From the NCBI GenBank assembly GCA_026125585.1, contig JAHCLD010000002.1, positions 1 through 36,195 on the forward strand: a stretch of 36,195 nucleotides of DNA, given 5' to 3'. Shown here in pieces: positions 18,756 to 26,915 of this stretch (position 1 is its first letter; each line of letters begins with the position of its first letter). A model generated the notes under the pieces. It had not been told where the DNA came from. It did no database searches and saw only the letters and a list, made by a program, of their open reading frames with translations. The DNA comes from Burkholderiales bacterium (GTDB lineage: Bacteria > Pseudomonadota > Gammaproteobacteria > Burkholderiales > SG8-41). The position numbers were made by a program, and so were the translations under genes.

Positions 18756-19778
18756 TCAATTGATCCGTTTGGCGAGGCCGAGGTCGGTCAGTATTTCCCT
18801 TATCTCGACATATTGCGCATCGAAAAACCTTTGCGCCTCCCGGCTATTCAGATAACTGTTCACCCTGAAATTCCTGTTCAAATCGTCGCGCCACTCCTCG
18901 CTGCCGGCCATTGCGGCGAAAGTCCGCTCCCAATACGAAACCTGGGCCGGATCCAGTCCTTTTGCCCCGACGATGCCAAGCCAATTGGAGAAGCTGGCAT
19001 CCGCGCCCTGTTCCCGCCATGTCGGCACGGCTGCCAGAGCGCCCGGCAAACGCTCGCTTCCACTGAAGCCGATCACCCGTATCCGGCCGGCATCCAGGTG
19101 CGGCAAAACGGTTCCGAAAGTCGACGCCACCACATCAACATGGCCTCCCAGCAACTGGGTCACGGATTGGCCCGAGGATTTGAAGGCCACGACCCGCATT
19201 TTCCGCACATCGACGCCCGCAGCCTTCATCGGGATGGCGACACCCATGTGAATCGAGTTGCCGATGGCTGTCGCGACGGCAATGCTCAGGGAAGACGGGT
19301 CGCGCCTCAGTCTGTCAATGAAATCCTTTCCGTCCTTTATCGGGGAATCTTTTCTCACGCTCAAATACACGTACTGGCCAAACAGCAGGCAGATCGGAGA
19401 AACATCGGTACGCTGAAAATTCGAAGTTCCCGTGATCTGGCTGGTAAACAGCGTCATCGAAAACGTCAACAACATGTGCGGATTGCCCGCATGCTGGCTG
19501 AGATAGGCACCGGCAACGGCCCCGGCGCCTCCAGGCTTGTTGACGACTTCGGCAAAAGGGCCGCCTTTCTGATCGCGCCAGATTTTCTGGATTGCGCGTG
19601 CGGCAATGTCCAGATTGCCGCCGGCGGCGGCTGTGGTAATCAGCTCAACCGTCCGGTTCGGCTTCCAGTCGGCGGCGGAAACCTGCTGCGCCGCAAGCCC
19701 TCCCGAAGCCGCACTGGCACACACCACGATCATCCACCACCTGATCCGCTGTCGATATCCAGCCGTTTCCGTCATCAT
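18756..19778 (-). CDS. TctC family periplasmic substrate-binding protein
   Basis: Start chosen at ATG 19778 (MMTETAGYRQRIRWWMIVVC...), preceded by GGAG. Mature part ADWKPNRTVELITTAAAGG. Confidence 0.75.
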   Translation of the reverse strand: MMTETAGYRQRIRWWMIVVCASAASGGLAAQQVSAADWKPNRTVELITTAAAGGNLDIAARAIQKIWRDQKGGPFAEVVNKPGGAGAVAGAYLSQHAGNPHMLLTFSMTLFTSQITGTSNFQRTDVSPICLLFGQYVYLSVRKDSPIKDGKDFIDRLRRDPSSLSIAVATAIGNSIHMGVAIPMKAAGVDVRKMRVVAFKSSGQSVTQLLGGHVDVVASTFGTVLPHLDAGRIRVIGFSGSERLPGALAAVPTWREQGADASFSNWLGIVGAKGLDPAQVSYWERTFAAMAGSEEWRDDLNRNFRVNSYLNSREAQRFFDAQYVEIREILTDLGLAKRIN

Positions 19779-19899
19779 GCCCAACTCCTGATCGGTCAAC
19801 TTCATGACTCTCGAATCTTGCGCAAACACGGACACTTTCAGTTGCGCTGCGGTCTTGCCCTTGCCCCTCCTTGCTGCTGTTACGCCCACATCCCCGTCA

Positions 19900-20901
19900 T
19901 CAATTGGTCCGTCTGGCCAGCCCCAGCTCCGTCAATGCCTCTTCCAATTCCCGGTACTGTTCATCCCAGTAACGGCCGGCATCCCTGCCGCCCAGAAAAT
20001 GATTCACGCGGAAATTCTTCTCGATGTCCTTTTTCCATTCCTCGGTCTTGCCAAGCTCGGCAAAAATCTTTTCCCAGTAGGCTTTTTGTTGCTCACCGAT
20101 GCCCTGCGCGCCCACCACGCCGCGCCAGCTGTCGAACACCGCGTTTGCCCCCTGTTCTTTCCAGGTGGGAATCTCCGCAAGGAGGCCCGTCATCCGCTGC
20201 GGCGCGCTGACGCCGATGATGCGGATCGCTCCGGATTTGACGTGTGGCAACAGCGCGCTGAACGTGGATGCGGCGACATCCACGTGCCCTCCCATCACCG
20301 CCGTCAGCGATTGCCCGGATGATTTGAAAGCCACCACTTTCATGCGCTTGATGTCGACTCCCGCGGCCTTCATGGGCAGGGCCACCCCCATGTGGATGTG
20401 ATTGCCGAGGGCGGTGGCAATGGCGACGCTGACGGAGTCCGGCGCTGCCTTCAGTTTTTGAATCAGCTCCCGCCCGTTCTTGATCGGCGAATCCGCCTTC
20501 ACCGTCGTGAAAATGTATTCGTTGAACAGCATTGCCAGCGGCGTGTAGCTGCTGTGATCCACCTTGCTTGTGCCCATGATCCGGCTGGTCAGCAGCGTTG
20601 GCGCCAGCATCATCAGGTAATGCGGATCGTTTGCATGCTGGGAAAGGTAATTGGATGCGATCCCGCCGCCGCCGCCGGTTTTGTTCGCCACCACCGCGGA
20701 AGGCACCATCTTTTTATCCTGCCAGATGCCCAGGATCACCCTGGCGGTAAGATCCTGGTTTCCTCCCGGCCCGGCGCTGACGATGAGCTCGGTGGTGCGT
20801 TCCGGCTTCCACTGCGCCCACGCGTTTCCGCCGCAGGCCGCCGCCAGCAGGCAGCCGGCCAGTATCGGTGAAAACCGTTTCTTGCCCTGTTTCAGCGTCA
20901 T
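19900..20901 (-). CDS. TctC family periplasmic substrate-binding protein (tandem paralog of the gene at 18756)
   Basis: Signal peptide then AQWKPERTTELIVSAGPGG. The start overlaps the upstream CoA-transferase stop (ATGA). Confidence 0.85.
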   Translation of the reverse strand: MTLKQGKKRFSPILAGCLLAAACGGNAWAQWKPERTTELIVSAGPGGNQDLTARVILGIWQDKKMVPSAVVANKTGGGGGIASNYLSQHANDPHYLMMLAPTLLTSRIMGTSKVDHSSYTPLAMLFNEYIFTTVKADSPIKNGRELIQKLKAAPDSVSVAIATALGNHIHMGVALPMKAAGVDIKRMKVVAFKSSGQSLTAVMGGHVDVAASTFSALLPHVKSGAIRIIGVSAPQRMTGLLAEIPTWKEQGANAVFDSWRGVVGAQGIGEQQKAYWEKIFAELGKTEEWKKDIEKNFRVNHFLGGRDAGRYWDEQYRELEEALTELGLARRTN

Positions 20902-22154
20902 GATGATTTCCCTCCTCGTTTAACCGCTGCCGGCGGTTTGGTGCTGATGATCCCGTCATGTTCCAGTTGTTCGATTTCGCCGGCTGACAGGCCGAACATG
21001 TCGTGCAGAACCTCAAACGTATCGCGACCGATACGACCGCCGCTCTTGTGTATGGCGCCGGGCGTGCGGGTAAGACGCGGAACGGGTGCCGCCATCGCGA
21101 CCGTGCCGAGCTCTTCATCGGGAATGCTTGGAATCATCCCGCGCGCCTTGAAATGCGGATCCCTGAAAATGTCGGCCATGGTGTAGATGCGGGTGAACAC
21201 CACGTCTTCGGCCGACAGGGCCTTTTCCACCGCTTCATAGTCGCGCGCGCCAATCCATGCGGCGACCATGCCGTCCATTTCGTCGCCGTTCTTGACGCGT
21301 TCGAGGCGCGTGTTGAACCGCGGATCATCCAGGATGTCCGGCCGTCCCATTGCCAGGCACAAACGACGAAAGCTGTTGGTTTGCGAACCCTGGACATGCA
21401 CATAATGCCCGTCGCGGGTCTGGAACAGGTTATTGACCACGCTGCCGGTATGACCGGCACCCTCGCGGCCAACGACGTAACCGGTCTTCTCATAGGCCGC
21501 GATATGCGCCTCCATGAAACTGAATGCGCACTCATACAGGGCCGTATCCACAACCTGCCCTTCGCCCGTGCGCTCACGGTGGCGTAACGCCATCATGGTG
21601 CCGAAAGCGGCGTAGAGCCCGGTGATGCAATCCGTAAGCGCGATATTGGCGCGCGCCGGAGGGCGGTCGGCGTCACCGGTGACATGGCGCAGCCCGCCAA
21701 CCGCCTCGCAAACCACGCCATAACCGGGCCGCTGGCTGTAAGGGCCGGTCTGTCCGTATCCGGAAACCCGGACCAGCACCAACCCGGGATTGATCTGCGA
21801 AAGCGCCTCGTAACCGAGCCCCCACTTTTCGAGGGTGCCGGGACGGAAATTCTCGATCACGACATCACATTTTTTGACGACCCGGCGCACCAGGTCCTGT
21901 CCGGCCGCCGTGCGCAAATCGATGACGATCAACTTCTTGTTGCGCATCAGGCTTGTTGCGTATAAAGGCTTGTCCTTGTAGCGCTTGGCGGATGTGCGGA
22001 TCGGATCACCTTCGGCGGATTCAACCTTGATCACTTCCGCGCCAAAATCGGCGAGCAACCGCGCACAAAACGGCCCCGCAATCGTCGTGCCGAGTTCCAG
22101 CACCCGGATGCCATGCATCGGTTTCTCCGGACTGTCCCTGCCGTTCTCTTGCAT
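20898..22154 (-). CDS. family III CoA-transferase (CaiB/BaiF)
   Basis: Motifs GIRVLELGTTIAGPFC..LADFGAEVIKVE, VVIENFRPG and GYGQTGPY. The alternative start ATG 22118 (MHGIRVLELG) has a better SD (GGAG). Confidence 0.85.
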   Translation of the reverse strand: MQENGRDSPEKPMHGIRVLELGTTIAGPFCARLLADFGAEVIKVESAEGDPIRTSAKRYKDKPLYATSLMRNKKLIVIDLRTAAGQDLVRRVVKKCDVVIENFRPGTLEKWGLGYEALSQINPGLVLVRVSGYGQTGPYSQRPGYGVVCEAVGGLRHVTGDADRPPARANIALTDCITGLYAAFGTMMALRHRERTGEGQVVDTALYECAFSFMEAHIAAYEKTGYVVGREGAGHTGSVVNNLFQTRDGHYVHVQGSQTNSFRRLCLAMGRPDILDDPRFNTRLERVKNGDEMDGMVAAWIGARDYEAVEKALSAEDVVFTRIYTMADIFRDPHFKARGMIPSIPDEELGTVAMAAPVPRLTRTPGAIHKSGGRIGRDTFEVLHDMFGLSAGEIEQLEHDGIISTKPPAAVKRGGKSS

Positions 22155-22179
22155 GGCTTTTTCCCGGTCAACTTCCTGT

Positions 22180-23151
22180 TTACTTGGTGAGCAGATCGTT
22201 CAGCACGCCGCGCAGCTCTTCGTACTGGGAGGCGAAAAATTTCTGGCTCTCGGCGCTGCCCAGGTAATTGTTCACCCAGTAATTTTTCTGGATGTCCTCG
22301 TTCCATTCAGGAGTCTGCACCAGTTTCTGCAAGGCGCCGTCCCACCACGCCGTCTGCGCAGCCGTCATGCCTTTGGGACCGAGCACGCTCCGCCAGTTGG
22401 ACACAACGACGTCAACGCCCTGCTCTTTCCAGGTCGGCACATTCGCCAGCGCGCCCGGCAGGCGCTGCGGGGCCGCAATTCCGATGATCCGCAACTGGCC
22501 GTTGGCGACATGCGGCGCCGCATTGGCAACCGCCGTCGCCACGACATCAATATGCCCGCCCAGCACCTGGGTAATGGATTCGCTGCCGGAGTTGAAAACC
22601 GCGATGCGCATCCTGCCGACATCCGCGCCGACGCTTTTCGCAATCCTTCCCACCGCGATGTGCTGCATTCCGCCGCGAGCCGTCGCGACTGCCGCGCTGA
22701 CGGACGCGGGATCTGCCTTCATTTTCTGGATCAGGTCGGCTCCGGTCCTGATCGGCGATTCATTGCGGACGGCAATTACGATGTATTCGCTGAACAGCAA
22801 CGCCAGCGACGTCACATCGGTGTGGCTGAGCCCGCTTTTGCCGGAAATGTGATTGAGCAGCACCACGGGGGAACTGACGGCGATATAACGCCCGTCGCCG
22901 CCCTGCTGGTTGAGATACGCCATGCTGATGGCCCCGCCGCCGCCGGGCTTGTTGACGACGTTCACCGGCACGGGAACGATATTGCGTTCTTTCCAGATCT
23001 TCTGCATCGTCCGCGCAGTCCTGTCCTGCGCGCCGCCGGCGCCCGAGCCGGCGATGATTTCGACCGCACGGTCAGGAGTCCAGGCCCCGGCTGCGTGTGC
23101 CGTTCCGGCGATACAAACTGCCGCGATCATGAAAATCAGATTCCGCAACAT
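22180..23151 (-). CDS. TctC family periplasmic substrate-binding protein
   Basis: Signal peptide MLRNLIFMIAAVCIAGTAHA, then AGAWTPDRAVEIIAGSGAGG. Confidence 0.85.
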   Translation of the reverse strand: MLRNLIFMIAAVCIAGTAHAAGAWTPDRAVEIIAGSGAGGAQDRTARTMQKIWKERNIVPVPVNVVNKPGGGGAISMAYLNQQGGDGRYIAVSSPVVLLNHISGKSGLSHTDVTSLALLFSEYIVIAVRNESPIRTGADLIQKMKADPASVSAAVATARGGMQHIAVGRIAKSVGADVGRMRIAVFNSGSESITQVLGGHIDVVATAVANAAPHVANGQLRIIGIAAPQRLPGALANVPTWKEQGVDVVVSNWRSVLGPKGMTAAQTAWWDGALQKLVQTPEWNEDIQKNYWVNNYLGSAESQKFFASQYEELRGVLNDLLTK

Positions 23152-23246
23152 GTTTATTCCCCCGCAAAACCCGCATTTCCGAATGCCCCGGATGCACGAT
23201 GCCGCTGCGTGTTCCGGCTCACCCGGACTCGATATTCACTTCTCCC

Positions 23247-24686
23247 TCACCTGTCGCGCGCAGACTTGAATCGTTCGAAGCCCGCCAACGCGGCCAGTGG
23301 ATGGCCGGCGTTGGCCATCTCGTCGTAGACCGGCACGCCCAGCGCCACCGCCTTGTCGCGGAATTCGCGCTTGCGCGCCTCCAGCGCCGGCTCGCCGTCG
23401 GAGCGCAGCACCAGGATGAAATGCGACTGCCCCGGATATTTCTCCTGCACGCGCAGCGCGGCGGCGATCAGGTTGTCGAGCACCTCCGGCTTGGAGCGCC
23501 CGACGAACGCCGACAGGTTCAGGTGCATCACCAGCGCCTCGGGCCTGCCCTGGCCGCAGATGATGTCGAGGATTTTTTCGGCGACGCGGCCGTCGTCCTG
23601 CTGCAACGTGCCGACCGGGCAGTCCACCGGGTTGGTGATGCTGGTGCCGGGCGGCAGTTTCAGCGCCGCCAGCGCGTCGATGGTGCCCTGGTCGAAAGGC
23701 AGCACGTCGAGGCCGAGGCGGGCGAAATAATCCGTGGCCAGCACGCTGGTGCCGCCGCCGTTGCCGAACAGCACGACTTTCCGCGTCGGCTGCTGCGGGC
23801 GCGGCGTCAGCGCCTGGAAAATGAGCAGCGTGTCGATGAAGTGGTCGAGCGTGTCGACCAGCATGCAGCCGGTCTGGCGCGCCAGCGCCACCCACACGCG
23901 GTCGTCGCCGGCCAGAGAACCGGTGTGTGAAGCCGCGGCAGCGAGGCCCTGCTGCGTGCGGCCGCCCTTCAGGATGACCACGGGCTTGGACGCCTTCGCA
24001 TTGCGCAGAATGTCGAACAGCCTGCGGCCGTCTTTCGCGGTCTCGATGTACATGCCGATCACCTTCGTCTGCGGATCGGCGAGGTAGAACTCGAGCAGGT
24101 CGGAAGGCGTCACGTCGGCGCAGTTGCCGACCGTCACCAGGCCGGAGAACTTGAGCCCCCGCGACAGGCCGCGGCGGATGATGTCGGTGCCCAGCCCGCC
24201 GCTCTGCGACACGATGCCGACGGGGCCGGTTTCCTTCGGCCCGATTTCGGTGAACGTGACGCGGCCGCGCGGCGTGTAGATGCCGAGGCAGTTCGGCCCG
24301 ATCAGCCGCATGCCGCCGTCCCGCGCGGCCCGCACCAGGTCGTCCTGCAGGTTCTTGCCTTCGTCGACTTCACCGAAACCGCTGGAGATCACCTGCGCGA
24401 AGCGCACGTGGCCCTTGGCCGCGGCCAGCATGCCGGGAATCTGCGCGCCGGACACGGCGATATAGGCGTAGTCCACCGGCTTGGGCGTGTCCGCCAGCGT
24501 CTTGTAGGCGGGCAGCCCGTCGATTTCCGCGGCCCCCGGATGAATCGGATAGATGTCGCCGCTGAACCCGAATTCGCGGATGCGGCGGATGAATATGTTG
24601 GGCAGCGCGTTGCCCTTGCTCGATGCGCCGATCACGGCGACAGTCTTCGGTGCGAACAGCGGGGTGAATTGTTCGAGGATGCTCAT
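23247..24686 (-). CDS. ADP-forming acyl-CoA synthetase, CoA-binding / ligase-CoA subunit (acetate--CoA ligase family, alpha-type)
   Basis: 479 aa. Motifs KTVAVIGAS (CoA-binding Rossmann), RLIGPNCLGI and SQSGGLG, plus a phosphohistidine-loop-like AAASHTGSLAG. Confidence 0.8.
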   Translation of the reverse strand: MSILEQFTPLFAPKTVAVIGASSKGNALPNIFIRRIREFGFSGDIYPIHPGAAEIDGLPAYKTLADTPKPVDYAYIAVSGAQIPGMLAAAKGHVRFAQVISSGFGEVDEGKNLQDDLVRAARDGGMRLIGPNCLGIYTPRGRVTFTEIGPKETGPVGIVSQSGGLGTDIIRRGLSRGLKFSGLVTVGNCADVTPSDLLEFYLADPQTKVIGMYIETAKDGRRLFDILRNAKASKPVVILKGGRTQQGLAAAASHTGSLAGDDRVWVALARQTGCMLVDTLDHFIDTLLIFQALTPRPQQPTRKVVLFGNGGGTSVLATDYFARLGLDVLPFDQGTIDALAALKLPPGTSITNPVDCPVGTLQQDDGRVAEKILDIICGQGRPEALVMHLNLSAFVGRSKPEVLDNLIAAALRVQEKYPGQSHFILVLRSDGEPALEARKREFRDKAVALGVPVYDEMANAGHPLAALAGFERFKSARDR

Positions 24687-24702
24687 GTTCTGTTTCCGGT
24701 GC

Positions 24703-25410
24703 TCAACCCAGGATGAAGCGCGCGTCGACCGCGACCGCGCCGGTTTCGGACACGATCAGCGGATTGATGTCGGCCTCGCTGATGTCGGCCGCGTGCTTCA
24801 GCAGCAGGCCGTCCTCGCCGCCGATCTTCAGCAGCACGTCGATGATGGCCTCGCGCGAAGCGGGCTTGCCGCCGCGCGCGCCCTTCAGGATCGCCGCGGC
24901 TTTCAGCTCGTCGAGCATTTCCTCGGCGTCGATGCGCGCGATCGGGCACAGGCGGAAGGACACGTCCTTGAAGATCTCGACGAAAATGCCGCCGAGACCG
25001 ACCATCACCAGCGGGCCGAACTGCGGATCGCGCAGGCCGCCGACCACCAGTTCGTGGCCCGCGGGCGCCATTTCTTCGACCAGGAAACCCTCGATGCGCG
25101 CGCCCTTGATCTTCGGCGCCGCGAGCATGCCTTCGATCGCGGCCTTCACTTCGCCGGCGCTGCGCAGGTTGACCTTGACGCCGCCGGCATCGCTCTTGTG
25201 GAGGATGTCGGGCGACATGACCTTCACCACCACCGGCGCCTGCAAACCGTTCATCACGGCCTCGACGTCGGCCACGCCCTTCGCGACGCGCGACTGCGGC
25301 ACGCGGATGCCATGGCCGGCCAGCAGCGCCTTGCCGGCGCTTTCGTCGAGCGCGTTGCGGCCTGCGGCCATGGCTGTAGAGACGATTTTATCTATTTGAT
25401 TTTTAATCAT
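24703..25410 (-). CDS. ADP-forming acyl-CoA synthetase, ATP-grasp subunit (beta-type)
   Basis: 235 aa with VVKVMSPDILHKSDAGGVKVNL and PLMVGLGGIFVE-like motifs of the ATP-grasp_5 domain. Its ATG overlaps the biotin carboxylase stop (ATGA). Confidence 0.8.
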   Translation of the reverse strand: MIKNQIDKIVSTAMAAGRNALDESAGKALLAGHGIRVPQSRVAKGVADVEAVMNGLQAPVVVKVMSPDILHKSDAGGVKVNLRSAGEVKAAIEGMLAAPKIKGARIEGFLVEEMAPAGHELVVGGLRDPQFGPLVMVGLGGIFVEIFKDVSFRLCPIARIDAEEMLDELKAAAILKGARGGKPASREAIIDVLLKIGGEDGLLLKHAADISEADINPLIVSETGAVAVDARFILG

Positions 25411-25416
25411 ATTTTC
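25385..25416 (+). repeat. degenerate copy of the AT-rich element (ATTTTATCTATTTGATTTTTAATCATATTTT) lying across the BC / ATP-grasp gene junction
   Basis: By-eye alignment with 2102-2134. It forces rare A/T-ending codons on both genes: AGG AAA ATA TGA, and ATG ATT AAA AAT CAA ATA GAT AAA. Confidence 0.6.
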
Positions 25417-26756
25417 CTGCCCGTCACTTCGCCGATGATGCCGGTGTGGACACGCCCTTCGCGAAACTGGCTCGAGCGCAGGATGTTCACCACGGCCGGG
25501 ATGTTGTGTTTCAGGCCCTGGATGTCGAAACCCTCCAGCGCCTCGATGAGCCTGTCGATCGCGGCGCTGCGCGTGGCCGCACGCACGATGACCTTGGCGA
25601 TCATCGGATCGTAATGCGGCGTCACGTCGCGGCCTTCGGCGTAGCCGGTGTCGATGCGGATGCCTTCGCCTTCGGGCGGACGGAACACCGTCAGCTTGCC
25701 CGGCGACGGGAAAAAATTCTTCGGATCCTCGGCGTAGACCCGCGCCTGGATCGCATGACCTTTCACCTCCGCCTTGCCCGGCAGGATGTCGGACAGTTTT
25801 TCGCCGGCGGCGGAGCGGATCTGCGACCGTACCAGATCGACGCCGGTGACTTCCTCGGTGACGCCGTGCTCGACCTGCAGCCGCGTGTTCATTTCCAGGA
25901 AATTGAACGAGCCATCGGCGCCGAGCAGCATTTCGACGGTGCCGATGTTGTCGTAACCCATGCTTTTCATGATGCCGGCGATCTGGTCGGCGACGCCGAC
26001 GGCCTTGTCGCGCGGAATTTCGGGCCCCGGCGCTTCCTCGATGACTTTCTGGTTGCGGCGCTGGGTCGAGCAGTCGCGCTCGAACAGGTGCATCGCGCCG
26101 CCGTGGCGGTCGCCGAGGATCTGGAACTCGACGTGGCGCGGGCGTTCGATCAGTTTTTCCAGATAGACCTCGGCGGTGCCGAAGCCGCGGCTGGCCATCG
26201 AGCGCGAGCGCTCGACCGCGATCAGCAGTTCGGCCTCGTCCTTCGCCGGCAGCATGCCGATGCCGCCGCCGCCGCCGGCGGGCTTCACCAGCACCGGGAA
26301 CCCGATCTTGCGCGCCGCGGCGAGGATCGCGTCATTGTCGTCGGGCAGCACGCCCGAGCCCTGGGACATCGGCATGCCGTACTGCGCGGCGATGTCGCGG
26401 GCGCGGGTCTTGTGGCCCATCGCGTCGATCCACTTTGGCGAAGGCCCGATGAAGTGCGCGCCGGCATCGATGACCTTCTGCGCGAACCCGGCGTTCTCCG
26501 ACAGAAAACCGTAGCCGGGATGCAGGCCGTCGGCGCCGGACTGTTTCAGCACCGCGACGATCCGGTCCTGGTCGAGATAGCTCTCGCGCGCCGGCGCCGG
26601 GCCGACCGCAAAGGTCTGGCTGGCCATTTCCAGATAGGGCGCATGGCTGTCGGCCTCGGAATAGATCGCGACCGACGGAATATTCATCGCGTTCAGCGCG
26701 CGCAGCACCCGGGCGGCAACGGCGCCCCGGTTGGCAACTAGGATTTTATTGAACAT
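25407..26756 (-). CDS. biotin carboxylase (AccC-type ATP-grasp subunit)
   Basis: 449 aa. Motifs MFNKILVANRG, KPAGGGGGIGM, ERDCSTQRRNQK and EMNTRLQVEH. Appears intact. Confidence 0.9.
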   Translation of the reverse strand: MFNKILVANRGAVAARVLRALNAMNIPSVAIYSEADSHAPYLEMASQTFAVGPAPARESYLDQDRIVAVLKQSGADGLHPGYGFLSENAGFAQKVIDAGAHFIGPSPKWIDAMGHKTRARDIAAQYGMPMSQGSGVLPDDNDAILAAARKIGFPVLVKPAGGGGGIGMLPAKDEAELLIAVERSRSMASRGFGTAEVYLEKLIERPRHVEFQILGDRHGGAMHLFERDCSTQRRNQKVIEEAPGPEIPRDKAVGVADQIAGIMKSMGYDNIGTVEMLLGADGSFNFLEMNTRLQVEHGVTEEVTGVDLVRSQIRSAAGEKLSDILPGKAEVKGHAIQARVYAEDPKNFFPSPGKLTVFRPPEGEGIRIDTGYAEGRDVTPHYDPMIAKVIVRAATRSAAIDRLIEALEGFDIQGLKHNIPAVVNILRSSQFREGRVHTGIIGEVTGRKI

Positions 26757-26802
26757 GTCTTTTCGTCATGGATCATGGATGTTTCGGAAACCGCCGCTGG
26801 AA

Positions 26803-26897
26803 CGCCGCGAGGCATGTGAAACGCGAAACGCTCTTCCGGACCATGCTCCGGCCCGGAAGTTGGGTGTGGGGAATCACGTTTCACATGCCTCGCGGCG
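26803..26897. repeat. 21-bp perfect inverted repeat (CGCCGCGAGGCATGTGAAACG / CGTTTCACATGCCTCGCGGCG) enclosing a 53-nt loop with a nested 7-bp hairpin
   Basis: Arms at 26803-26823 and 26877-26897. Nested CTTCCGG/CCGGAAG at 26833-26839 and 26853-26859. Located in the 159-nt spacer between CT2 and the biotin carboxylase gene. Confidence 0.9.
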
Positions 26898-26915
26898 CTC
26901 TCCTCGGCGCACGGA

